NCBI RefSeq assembly: GCF_001194135.2
Contig: NC_068987.1
Coordinates: 25,061,531 to 25,109,371, forward strand
Direction: 5' to 3'
Length of the DNA stretch: 47,841 nucleotides
From: Octopus bimaculoides
Lineage: Eukaryota
Of the stretch, positions 1 through 11,637 are shown piece by piece (positions within the stretch are counted from its first letter, which is position 1; every line of letters starts with the position of its first letter). A program made the translations under genes and the position numbers. The notes under the pieces are model-generated. The model searched no databases and was not told the DNA's origin. It saw nothing but the letters and a program-made list of their open reading frames with translations.

Positions 1-295
1 GGGGAGAGGCAGGGGAGGGGGGTTAGATGAAGAGGGGTGGGGAGTTGAGCCCATGTGGCGCAAAGGAGCGAAGATATATATATATATAAGAGGAATGACC
101 ACTAGGTGGATTCCTAATATGCTAAATGTAGACCCCATATGGTCTACTAATATGATCAAATATATACATACAAATATAAACACACACACACATGTACACA
201 TATACACACAGGTATAAACACGGGCATACACATACGCGTACACACATGCACACACACACACATACATACATACATACATACATGCATACATACAG

Positions 296-1280
296 ACTTT
301 GCTTCATTCTTCGACATGGAAAACAAGTTGTGCTACTGCACAAATGTCTCTGGATTGCTCACCTTCCTTGGTTTCCCACGCAATCCCTCAGACTGGCGTC
401 TTCTCATAGACTCTTCCAAGCGAAGTCTGAAGGCTTTGCTCCTGCACAATGGGAATAAATACTCTAGCATTCTCATTGCCTACTCAAGCCATCTGAAGGA
501 GTCGTATGACAATATGTAGCTCCTTTTGGAAGCTATCAAGTGCAACCAGTGGAGTCTCTGCAGGGACATAAAGGTCATTGGACTCCTTATGGGTATGCAA
601 GCGGGCTTCACAAAGTACTGTTGCTTTCTCTGTCTCTAGAACAGTCAGACTGTCCAAGTACTACAAGCAGAACGATTGGGGATCTAGGAGCACTTTCACG
701 TCTGGTGAACACAGTGTCCAAGAAAATCCTCTGGTGGAGTTGAACAAGATGCTTCTTTATCCTCTTTATATCAAGCTTGGTTTAATGAAGAATTTCGTGA
801 AGGCTATGAGCAAAAATGGCGTTGCCTTCCAACACTTGAGCACTCTTTTCCCTGCTCGGAGTTCTGCTAAGCTCAAGGAGGGCATCTTCGTCGGACATCA
901 GATCCGAGAAATGCTGAAGGATAAGGACTTTGAGGAGCTTCTTACCTTAAAGGAACTGAGAGCATAGGAAGTATTTAAGTCAGTCTGCCTTGGCCTCCTT
1001 CATAACACATGAGTACTAGATTATCAAAAGTGTATCGAGAAGTTATTACAGTCTTATGAGGGTATTGGATGCCGAATGTCACTCAAAATTCACTTCCTCC
1101 ACTCCCACCCCAACTTCTCTCTGAAGCTCGGAGTAGTGAATGATGAGCATGGAGAAAGGTCCCATCACGATATTACTAAGATGGAGAGCAACTACCAAGG
1201 CAAATGGAACCCCAGCATGATGGGGGACTTTTGCTGGATGCTCTTGCGTGACATCCCGGAGGCAAACTACACAAGATCGA
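296..1280 (+). pseudogene. Transposase pseudogene (ORF pieces 316-519, 578-967, 1076-1372)
   Basis: In-frame stops (e.g. TAG 517-519, 965-967) and frameshifts interrupt one continuous transposase-like protein. Putative catalytic D (IDSSK), D (RDIK) and E (DEHGE) are retained. Confidence 0.85.
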
Positions 1281-1632
1281 TCAAAAAAGAAGAAAAAAGA
1301 ACAAGAAAAAAAAAACAACTCATTTCTAACTGCCTGCTGTACAATGATTTGTGTATTGTATTATCCAAGTAATTTAGTTCCATAAATATTCTGTATTTAT
1401 GCTGTATTATTTTTCCTTTTGTAATATGCCTTTGTAACAGATGATATAAACAAATTATATTTTGAATTTATATTCAGTATAATTAAACTGGGATATGTGA
1501 AAACAAAAATACTAGAGGTGATAGAGCAAAACTGTTCAGAAAACTGAAATCACCACGTCAAAATTAGTAAAAAAAAAAAACACCTATTCACATCCTTGCC
1601 ACAGAGCAAAAAGAAATTTTTGTAAGCCAGTA
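296..1632 (+). mobile_element. Decayed Chapaev3-like DNA transposon (RAG1/Transib-related DDE transposase), 5'-truncated at a microsatellite, with 3' non-coding end
   Basis: Joined frames give WRLLIDSSKRSLKALLLHNGNKY..., CRDIKVIGLLMGMQAGFTKYCCFLCL, YPLYIKLGLMKNFVKAM, KLKEGIFVGHQIR, MSLKIHFLHSH...DEHGERSHHDI...YQGKW...DFCWML. These are the ordered motifs of this transposase family. The 3' end is inferred near 'aatttttgtaagccagta'. Confidence 0.75.
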
Positions 1633-1795
1633 TTATCGACACTGACTACAATCAACGTCATTATAACCATCCCAAAATACTGTTACTTGTTAATAAGTTG
1701 ATAATAAATATAACTGGCTACTTAGCCTTCAAATAACATATCAAGGCTAATTTCTGAATGCCTAATTGTTTAATGATACACTTATGCAAATATTT

Positions 1796-1885
1796 ATACA
1801 TACATACATACATACATACATACATACATGCATACATACATGCATACATACATATATATATATATGTGTGTGCGTGTGTGTGTGT
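1796..1885. repeat. Compound (CATA)n/(TA)n/(TG)n microsatellite
   Basis: Read directly. Confidence 0.95.
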
Positions 1886-2383
1886 AGAAGGTTGAAAAGG
1901 AACACACCAGTTGATATATATGGGAAAAAAGTCAAGGTAGAAAATGCTAAAATAATTTTATAAAAAACATTTCAGTACCGGTTTCAGTCATTGAGACTTT
2001 TTCAACTGTAAGTATTGAAAACAACTAAATTTTGGAAAAATTAAAAGGAAAGTTTTTTAAAAGAATATTTGCATAGTATTCAAATCCAAGGGGCATTTTC
2101 CTTGTTTATGCCTGTCTCTGTCTCTGTCTCTTGTTTACTCTTGTGGGTTCGACCTTGAAACTCCCCCCATCTCACCCCTTGCAAAAAGTTTGCCTACAAA
2201 TTTCTTTGTAATCGTAACCAATGCCGTTTGAAAGGTATTTGTATGAAATTTCATTAAAAAATACCTATTTTCCAGAATTTTATGAGAGGGAAAATGTCGG
2301 GTCCTGCGTATTTTTCCCAACAATTCGTTACATACACTCAATCTAAAGGATATAAGCGATTATTTGGTGAAAGATTCGTTAAA
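1886..2383. mobile_element. Possible Penelope-like element remnant
   Basis: 'cagtaccggtttcagtcattgagactttttcaac' resembles PLE terminal motifs; microsatellite and gap flanks; no clear protein motif. Based on recall only. Confidence 0.3.
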
Positions 2384-3639
2384 NNNNNNNNNNNNNNNNN
2401 NNNNNNNNNNNNNNNNNNNNNNNNNNNNNNNNNNNNNNNNNNNNNNNNNNNNNNNNNNNNNNNNNNNNNNNNNNNNNNNNNNNNNNNNNNNNNNNNNNNN
2501 NNNNNNNNNNNNNNNTATACATACATACATACATACATACATACATAGTACCTATATGAGTATTGCTGTATGTGAAATCGGCGTTTGTATCAGAGTATAT
2601 TAATGCATTTTGCGTGAGAACTTAGCCTCACATGAAGTTGTTAGGATTTGTAAGATTCAAACCAAATAAAGATTTCTTTTTTCTTCTTCTTTTTTCACGT
2701 TCGTTGATTTGTTGAATGTGAACGTCAAACAATATAGCAAATTAAATATAAATCCACCGAAGTCTAAAATTGAAATCTGAGACGCCAACGAAAATGCTCA
2801 AACCAAAGACAGAAATGGTGATCTGTAAGGCCAAAGTAGTCTGCAATCTGGTTTCGATTCCAGGTTGAATCTGTCACAACGCTAGAGGGAATTACTTATA
2901 GCTTACATTCTTATATTTTCTTTTCCTCTTTGTAAACAGAGTTATTAACATAATGTTTTACTCATAGCCCTACAGTCGGAACCAAACCTTATATTTCATG
3001 GAAGTCATGTAGCCTAAAAACCTATTTAAATACCTCCTACCCCATTGATATGGTTGTAGTCCAAGCCATAACATATGGTTCTGTAGTAAATGAACTAGAA
3101 CATAAGAGAGCTATGTTATGTAGACTGAAATGCATGGTGTTTCCTAAAACAAATATCATATATTACTTTGTAAATATGACATTCGTCCACTATAAATTTC
3201 AAGAAGAAATAGTGGTAGGCAATTATTTGGTAGCAGGATGCAGTGCATTTATTTACTTACATATTTACTTTTATCTAAACGTTCGTGTGAACATATAAAG
3301 CCATGACATACTAAAAAATATATCCAGTTCTCCTTATGAATAAGAAGAAAAGAGAGAAATAGTGAGGGAGTAGACAAAGAACCGCTAAATGTTATCTTTT
3401 TGTAGTCTCCATATATTGGAAGATCTTATTTGTGGTTAGTAAATCTTTGAGAATGAATTGTACCTCCAATCTCGGTAAGTCATTTGGAGAGTAACATCAA
3501 AATGTCGTCTCTCTCATATTAATGATCTATACATTAAGAAGGCCGTCATCACTGACATCCCACTATTTTTCCTACTCACACGATACAGTCGATTTCTTCC
3601 AATGATAAATAAATTGCGAGAAAGTAAGATAGAAGAAGA

Positions 3640-3785
3640 AATTGACCTTAGAACTGGACTGATACTTTATTTATCGATCTCGTAAGTATGGAAAATAAAG
3701 TTGACCTCAGCAGGATTTGATCTTAAAAGGAAGAGAGCCGGAACAAATCCTGAACATTTTATCCGACGTTCTAACGACTCTCCTA
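3640..3785 (-). mobile_element. SINE family B, degenerate partial copy
   Basis: 'tttatcgatctcg...aaagttgacctcagcaggatttga' is the reverse complement of the family B core seen at 39049-39268. Confidence 0.6.
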
Positions 3786-4084
3786 AATCGCAATATTGTC
3801 GACTCTGGTCGTATAACCTTATCGTAAATTTTTTATCGGTACTGGAGTATTATTCTTTCTCACACACGCCCCAAAAAACAGAAAACAATCGAATTATATA
3901 TTTCGATCGACAAGAACCTAAAATCGAAAACCAATAAAGACGCTTATATCAATAAAAATGCGTATGCGTATGCACGAAGTTATCTTGGCCTGCTAAAAGT
4001 ACCAGCTAAACTCCTTCAAATCACGCCCCAAAGCCTTACAATGAAAAGGTCACATTGTATAATGTAGTGCTTGATACACACTAT

Positions 4085-4345
4085 CTGGAGGAAAGAAGGG
4101 GTGATCACAGCTGGAGTGTCTGACATCATATATGGCAGCTGGATTTCGTGCTGACCTGGAGTTAAACAGCAGCAACAACAACAAAATCAACAAGAACAAC
4201 AGCATCGACAAAAATAACATCGAAGGAAAACAAACAAACAAAAATAACATCTTCATAAAGAACATATACAACAACATACTGAAAAGGGGACTACAAAGTG
4301 ATCGCTAGAAAAAGCAGTCATATCTCCCTCAAAGTTCACTCCCTG
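4085..4345 (+). mobile_element. Retroposon family F fragments (3' end with (CAA)-rich tail, plus upstream motif)
   Basis: 'gatcacagctggagtg...gctgacctggagttaaacagcagcaacaac' and 'gctagaaaaagcagtcatatctccctcaaa' are reverse complements of motifs at 41640-42010 and 45385-45580. Confidence 0.5.
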
Positions 4346-4759
4346 TCTGAATGGAGAAAAAAAGTAAATTAGATTTAATATAAAATGACAGGGCATTAGC
4401 AGTTAATGCATCTTTGATAATGTCTGTCTATCCAATAAATGTTGGCCTTGGGGCCAAACAATAACGGCAATAGCACCATAAAGATGAACTCTAACATGCC
4501 CAATGCTACCATGAACTGAATATCCCACGTATAAAATAGACGCTTCCTCTGAACCACGTAGTCATATCCAGTATGTTGGGGTTACAGAAGCATGACTATC
4601 TAGCAGGTTCTTACAACTTGACATATTGAAGGACTGTCCACGATTCTTACATGCACTACACTGGCGACATTCGTTGCCTGTGTAGTGCTTTTACTATGTC
4701 GATACTCTCATTGAGTGGCATCTTGAGTAAGTATCTTTTACCGTAGTTTATGATCTACC

Positions 4760-5580
4760 GAAACCTTGTGAGTAAAAATGGAACATTAAACAAAAAGAAA
4801 CTCGTCGGAAGGATTTATCTCAAATCTGAGAGTCTTGCCTTCTCACACACTCTGTCATGTTGGATGTGCCTGAGAATGACAATCTAATCCAATGTGCAGG
4901 TAGCTCAATAAATTGAACAACTGAAAGATCATCGTCAAAACGGACGGAGATCTATTTGCTATACTTTCCATCGCATTGCATCAGTTTGTCCTGCACTAAC
5001 TCCGGCTAAGTATAGTTGGAATCACAATACAGCAAAGCTGGAAAAATATATCTGGCTACTAAGTTTCAGCTCGGTAATGAGAAAGTTCTATGCTATTCAT
5101 ATGAACGTCATCTGTCTCTCAAAACTAGACTACGAACATACTATAAAATTTCTGATCACAGACAACATGCAATAGATAACACTTAATAAGAGAAAAATCC
5201 AATGCTATCTCCAAAAGCTTCTGACGAAAACGAACAACGTCAGGCTTGAGTTTAGCCGCAACAAGAGCAATGTTTAGCCACACAGGGAGAGAAAAACTTT
5301 AAATCACAAAATAAACAAGGCGCTAACATCAGTGCAAACTATGCGATCAGTATAACGAGACAGCTGAACCTGCCCCTTTTGCTCATCAATCCTTGCAAAG
5401 TCAGAATATTTCCACAAACTCTATCGACTAGGCAGCTATATGCACTGAGCAATATGCTAACATTTCGAAGTGAATACTGAGAAGTATATAAGCGTGAACG
5501 AAACATGGTACATGATAACACTAATATGCAGCATGCCTGTATAAACAAAGTATGAGCTGGTGGCAAAACCTCGAGGTACA
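4760..5580 (+). mobile_element. Highly degenerate RLE-type (R4/Dong-like) LINE fragment
   Basis: 'PMCR' followed by 'HRIASVCPALTPAKYSWNHNTAKLEKYIW' (about 4890-5060) resembles the zinc-knuckle region (HIxSxCPxLAxxxYxxRHD...YIHW). Confidence 0.4.
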
Positions 5581-5804
5581 ATTATCAGGGACGGGCTTAA
5601 AATTATCTGTAACCCTTCCGGAAAAAATAGTACATAGAAGGTGGTCGAGAACGTATCAAATTATTAGGGTCTTGAACTGAAAATGGGCAGGATGTGGGAA
5701 TGAACGTTAAAAAGGTCTCAATAATAATTGAAATATTAGATATGGTAAAGAAGAATCCTTTCTACTGTAGGTACAAGGTCTGGAATTTGAGGGGAATAAT
5801 TGAT

Positions 5805-5932
5805 CACATCGATCCAAGTACTTGATTGGCACTTAATTTATCGACCCCCTAAAGGATGAAAGGCAAACGTTGACCTTGGCGAAATTTGAACTCAGAGCGT
5901 TAAGACGGATGAAATGCAGCTAAGCATTTTGG
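5805..5932 (-). mobile_element. SINE family B, partial
   Basis: 'ttatcgaccccctaaaggatgaaaggcaaacgttgaccttggcgaaatttgaactcagagcg' is the reverse complement of the family B core. Confidence 0.8.
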
Positions 5933-6810
5933 ATACGGTAAAAAAGAATATGAACAAGAAGATAAAAGGCCAGTCAGACTTTTCAGCTTTACATCCCATG
6001 CGATACACTTTCAACACAATATCACAATTCACACAGTACACTTTATAACCTATACGCTATAAAAACTTGAAGCATCTCCAGAATTACTCTCTAATAATAT
6101 AACACAACCCTCACAACATATATCCCACGTAATCACTACCCAGCAAATTTACATAGTAATATTCTTAAAAAACACTGTATTACACAATTTTTGTCCTTGG
6201 ATAACAACAGTTATTTCATATTTGCTAACCCTTAGAGAGTATAAAAAATGGCTAATAATTCCTTCAAACTTTGCTTTTGTTACATTTATTCAAACCTCAA
6301 AGAATCTTTCTCAACACATGGCTATGGTGCTCCCCCACTACTCCTGCTCATGATCAGAAATGAACATATTGTCAATGCTCAAGTGGTTAAGGTCGAGCAA
6401 CTGACAAGTAAATTTGTTGTATTTGCTATAAAAATATTTCTGTTTCAGCAACTCAGCACCGACTCTGTTTGAAATGTAATGAAAAATAGGTTAGTTTTAA
6501 GACATTAATGCCCATGATACAAAAACAAAGATTGAAGTGAATAATAGTCATTTCCTTTGATTTCTAGATAGAAGCAAATAAGAAATAACACTTACTGACC
6601 AAAGGCAAAAAGAAATAGATAAAAAAATCTGTTACACCGTTTAATCGTTACCCGACACTATAACACAATTCAAACCATCAACTACTCTGACAACTCATTC
6701 TCTACACAAGTACTGTCCCACCTAGCGCTGAAACATGTAGCACAACTCAAGTAACACATACAAAATATGTCACTCAACAAAATAACTCACATTGTACGGA
6801 CCCCGTACAG

Positions 6811-7098
6811 CAGTGGTTCCCAAAGAGGGCAGTACTTCCCCCTGGGGGTAGTGGAAAGTTCCAAGGGGGCATTGTAGAAAAGTGGGGTGATAATGGAGTG
6901 ATCGAGAGGGCGACTGCTGTAAAAACAACAAAATAATAGGTTAATTAGGTTAAGTTTCATTTGTGAAATGCAGTTGCTTTGAATTTGCTTCAGAAAGAGA
7001 TCTATGTTTGTGGGTTTGTGGTGTTAAGTTGAGGGGTGGGGGAGTGCTTGGGACTGTGACCTGGGTGCCAAGGGAGCGAAAAAGTTTGGGAACCACTG
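6811..7098. mobile_element. hAT (Charlie-like) MITE, 288 bp
   Basis: Perfect 14-bp TIR cagtggttcccaaa / tttgggaaccactg. The 8-bp flanks ccgtacag / gtatagaa share the central TA of hAT targets but are not an intact TSD. Confidence 0.8.
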
Positions 7099-7264
7099 GT
7101 ATAGAACAAAGAGAAAATAGACAACACTCCTATATAACACCAGGAAGCAACAAACTAAATTCTACCACAAAACAAAATAGCTATATAACATACAACACAG
7201 TCGTACCCTTCCAAAAGGCAATACTATACACATTTCATGAACACATAGGTGCAGTAGATTATTA

Positions 7265-7286
7265 CGTGATGATGATAATGAGAATG

Positions 7287-7333
<47 letters not shown>

Positions 7334-7358
7334 GAGGAGGAGGAGGAGGAGGAGGAGG
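7265..7358. repeat. Compound trinucleotide tract (GAT)/(AGT)n/(AGG)n
   Basis: Read directly; it explains the poly-S/poly-R ORF 6963-7373. Confidence 0.95.
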
Positions 7359-7369
7359 AAGCACAGAAA

Positions 7370-9090
7370 TTAAGGAAGAAATCATGGGGAACTACTGATC
7401 TGCTATATATAGATAGTAGAGTATGAAATGAAGTACGAATAAAGAAGAAGGATTTAGTTGTTGGATGGATAGATTACAGGATGACTTACGACAATGTCCT
7501 ACACAGCTGGCTCTTGGAATGTCTGAAGAATCTCGGAGTCAATGAAAAGATAAACAAGTTTTTGGAGAAAGCAATGAAAGTGTGGGAAACAGTGCCAACG
7601 TGTGCAAATGAATCACTAGGCTATGTGAAAATACGCAGGGACATTTCCAAGGAGACTAGCTGTCTCCGTTACTCTTTGTCATTGTGCTAATCCCACTGAC
7701 TAAGAAATTATGAGTTTACCAAATCCAAGATGAGAGTAAATCACCTACTTTATGTGGATGATCTCTGTTTACAGAAAATAAAACAAACAGTGAGAGTATT
7801 CAGAAAAAATAACAGAATACATCGTACTAATTATGAAGAGAGGCTGGAATGTAAACTGTGATGGAATTAAATTGCCAGAAAACAATATCATTAGATTGTT
7901 GTGGAATAATGAAGAGTACAAATATCTAGGAATTGTGCAAGACAATAGGATAATGGAAGGGAAAATGTGAGAGAAAGTCACTAAAGTGTACAAGAGAAGA
8001 ATTAGGAAGGTGCTCGAAACAAAATTAAATGACGGAAACATCATTAAAGCCATAAATACCTGGGCTGTGTCCGTATTGAGATACTCTGCTCTCTTTCTGA
8101 AATGGACAAAGGTCGAGCTACAAAACTTGCATAGAAGTAGGAAAGTGCTCACAATGCACAACGCACTAAAAGCAATACCGACCAACTCTACCTACCAAGA
8201 TAGGGAGGTGGCAGAGGACTGTTAAAAGCAGAAGGCGAGTTCTGAAAAATTATGTTGTGCAGAGTAAATAAAGAATACTATCGGCAGCCAGCGATACCCA
8301 AGAAGTGACCGAAACAATAAGAGAATTCAGAGAAAAGAAAGAACGACGGAGCAAACAGATGGAAAGAGATGGAACTACACGGCCAAAATCTTGGAAATAA
8401 AGATTGCTGACTCTGGTTGACGAATGGGAATTTGAAACGAGAGACAGAAATGCTAATTATGGCCGCTCAGGAACAAGCCTTTAGAGTAACTCTGATAAAA
8501 GCAAAGATCGACAAAACTCATTCAGACAGCGAATGTGGAATCTGCAGGAAAGAAGACGAAAATATCAATCAGCTTTTGAGTAAACGCAGTATACCAACAC
8601 AAAAGAAATATAAGCGCAAACATGACTGTGTAGGCAAAAGAGTGCAATGGGATATTAGCCGAGTGCGTAGCTTCAAAATAACAGAAAAGTGGTATGTACA
8701 CGAACAATAGAAAATGATTACAAGATCTTGTGGGATATCACCAAAAAAGCTGGTCGTACTATTGACGCAAAAAGACCGGATTTCATCATAGTGAACAAAA
8801 TACACAAAAGTGTAAGATCATAGATTTTGCAATTCCCTATGATAGCAGAGTCGATACCAAAATAATTGAAAAAACATTCTTAAATATCAGGATCTAGCCA
8901 GAGAGTTGATGAAACTGTGGAAGGCCAAGATAGCAATTATTACTATAAAGATTGGAATTGAAACTTGTATTGTCGTCCTGCAAAAAAGTACCGTCATATA
9001 TTCTGCAAGAATCTTAAGGAAGACTCTTGAGATTTGCTGTCACCAAACCACAATATAAGATACCTGGTAACTAAATTAACATGCACTAAC

Positions 9091-9143
<53 letters not shown>
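7370..9143 (+). mobile_element. 5'-truncated R4/Dong-clade non-LTR retrotransposon (RT + zinc knuckle + RLE endonuclease), decayed, with (AAT)n tail
   Basis: WIDYRMTYDNVLHSW, IRR..FQGD*LSPLLFVIVLIPLT, HLLYVDDL, YKRRIRKVLETKLNDGNIIKAINTWAVSVLRY, NLKRETEMLIMAAQEQA, ECGICRK, ILWD...KRPD...IIDFAIPYD...KYQDLARE, SARILRKTLE; (AAT)n at 9091-9143. Confidence 0.9.
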
Positions 9144-9700
9144 TCCTACTATAGGCACAAGGCCAGCAATCTTAAAGGGCGGGGTTAGTAGATTTATCAA
9201 CCCCGAAAAGATAAAAGACACAATTGAACTCGGCAACATTTGAACTCACAACCTTATGAGTCGGGACAAATGCCAGAAAACGTTTTGACCGACGCTCTAG
9301 CGATTCTGTCAGCTCGTTTCTCTTAATAATGAGTGGTTCTAATTTAGGCTCAAGAGCAGCAATTTTTCTGGAGGAGCATGGTCGGTATCTTAGGTCTCAG
9401 TACATTAGAGGTATTTTATTTCATCAAACCTGAGATAATAAAAGGTAAAGTTAACCTCGGCGCTATTTGAACTTATTTTTTTTCCGACGCTCTAGCAACT
9501 CTGTCAAACCAACAATAATTATTATTGTAAGATTAGTAATTTTGAACGGAAAGGGTTTGTTGATACCAGTGGCCTAGTACTTAGCTAATACTTTATGTTA
9601 TTGAACCCGAAAGGACAAAAGGAAAAATGACTCTGGCAGGATTGGAACTCGGAATGTAAAGAGTCGGAGCAAATATTATATATTATTTTATCCGGTGCGG
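9144..9700 (-). mobile_element. Three head-to-tail SINE family B copies (about 9144-9322, 9325-9510, 9514-9700)
   Basis: Each repeats the reverse-complement pattern (AAT) tail - ggcacaaggccagcaat - ccccgaaagg - gacctcggc - tttgaactc. Confidence 0.7.
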
Positions 9701-10544
9701 GTATTTCATTCGGTTCTATATTTGTATTTGCTACAGCGATAATAGATAAGGTAAATTAGAAAAGCGATTGAAAATTTACATAGAACAAAGCATGACAATA
9801 AAAAAAGAAAAACAAAAACGATGATTAATGAAAATTAAACAGAATTTTTCAAAAGCTGATGAATGAGTTCAGTAAAGACATACAATTTGAAGTTGTACAA
9901 GAAATGTGTGCTAAGTCTAATCTCAAATAAGGAAATACTAAAACTAAATAAAATAACAAGGATTAATGAAGCCGACTAAAATACAGTGATCAACGAATTA
10001 GATAAAATTTCTTTTTCAAAATAGAAGAAAAAGTGGGAAAGGTATATGTTAAGCTGAAATTTTGAACATTTACACCTGAATGCCTCAATCTGAAACAGTA
10101 GGTGCTTCAGCAGTCATGTAAATAACTGGGATTAAAGTAAACACTGGTTAGCAAAACAAGACAGACAATGATGCCATTCAAAATACATTAGTAAAGCAGA
10201 TACCGTAATGTTATATTTACTAAGGTCATTTTGTACAAACCGAAACTGATATAAATGGGGGCAGGAAGCCAATAGAGTATAGTTTTGGAGATAACAAAAC
10301 AATGATTGACATAATGTATACTGGCTTAGTTAAATTAATATTTGTCTTCGAGCTATTTTTATCTACTCACAGTATATACCATGCTACTTGGAGTTAGTTA
10401 AAATTACAGGGTTGTAAGTTTGTTTTTTGTTTTTTTTTTTTCACCAAATTTCACTAACTCAGTCCTTGAAAAGCAAAATTGACCTAGGCGGAATTTCGAA
10501 TGGGAATGTAAAGTGCTGTAACAAATACCGTAAAGTATCCCTAA

Positions 10545-10598
10545 AACAACAACAACAACAACAACGGCAGCAACAACAACAACAACAACAGCAACAGC

Positions 10599-10636
<38 letters not shown>

Positions 10637-10637
10637 C
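10545..10637. repeat. (CAA)n microsatellite with CAG interruptions
   Basis: Read directly; follows a family B fragment (about 10455-10535). Confidence 0.95.
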
Positions 10638-10689
10638 TTAATTGATTAGAAATGTTACCATAAACAAATTTTGTCTTTATATAAAAGAT

Positions 10690-11145
10690 GGCTACAGCAA
10701 ATATTCTGATCAGTAACACAGATTTGCTTGTCAGTTGCTTGGCCTGAACTAGTTGAGCATGTCCCTTAGTAGCTGACGATAGGAGCATTTCTGATCACAA
10801 GCAGAAATAGTGGGGGAGCATCATAGCCATGTGTCGTGAGGAATTATTTGGGTTTTGAATAATTCACCTCTGGAAACATTAGTGTTTCGTTCATCATTAA
10901 ACAAATCTTATTCAGGAATCTTTTGCGCGGGATAGGCTACTCAACCGGAGTAAATGGGCCCCACCTGCAAGATCATGCACTGTTTATCTTCATATGAGGT
11001 CACTATGTCATGTACATATGGTTGTGATGCATGTACCTGGTATACTCTTATCAGATGGGTAGTCGTGATGAATATCTTTGGTTTCATATATTTGTACCCC
11101 AGTGACACTTTGATGGCATGCGTTGCTCTCTCACTCAATAATAAT

Positions 11146-11178
<33 letters not shown>

Positions 11179-11184
11179 AATAAT
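10690..11184 (+). mobile_element. Probable retroposon (SINE-like) body ending in an (AAT)/(AAC)n tail
   Basis: About 450 bp of non-coding, balanced-composition sequence ends 'ctctcactc' + (AAT)3(AAC)n(AAT)n. Only one copy is in the window, so repeat status rests on recall. Confidence 0.45.
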
Positions 11185-11637
11185 ATTTCTTAAGATTGGC
11201 CCAAAGCCACAAATTTGTACGAAAGAAAGAGTTTACCATTACTTGAATGATGCTAATTTTTTAATTGGTGCCAGAGCAATGTAATCACTTACTTTTTATA
11301 ATTTGTATTCGGGTGGGCTGGAAATTTAATATATGTGTACCCCGAAGTGGTGCTGTTAGTCCATTCACAGTCTTCTTCTCCTGAAAATAAAAACAACCAT
11401 GACTTAACACTTTCTATGCTATATTATGATAGTTAACTCAGTAGAGAGAATGTAACTAGTTTCCCCATAGAGATCATACACAATTTCCACTGTGAGAGAC
11501 GTTTAAATAAAATTAGATCTCAGGATGATGAAGTTTGAATAATTAACAAAAAAAAACTGTTATGCAAATAGAACTGTAAAATGACACGCAAATTTACAGA
11601 ACCCTTGCATATTTATACATACATACATACATACATA

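Noticed and set aside
122-458. ORFs with YVCM/HTHT/YIHT repeats here and throughout (e.g. 1766, 26843-27489, 34379-34835, 35341-35717, 37171-37535)
   Set aside because: Translations of (CA)n, (TA)n and (CATA)n microsatellites.
10427-10788. Poly-Q (plus) and poly-C (minus) ORFs
   Set aside because: A (CAA)n tract next to a SINE fragment; no flanking domain or splice context.
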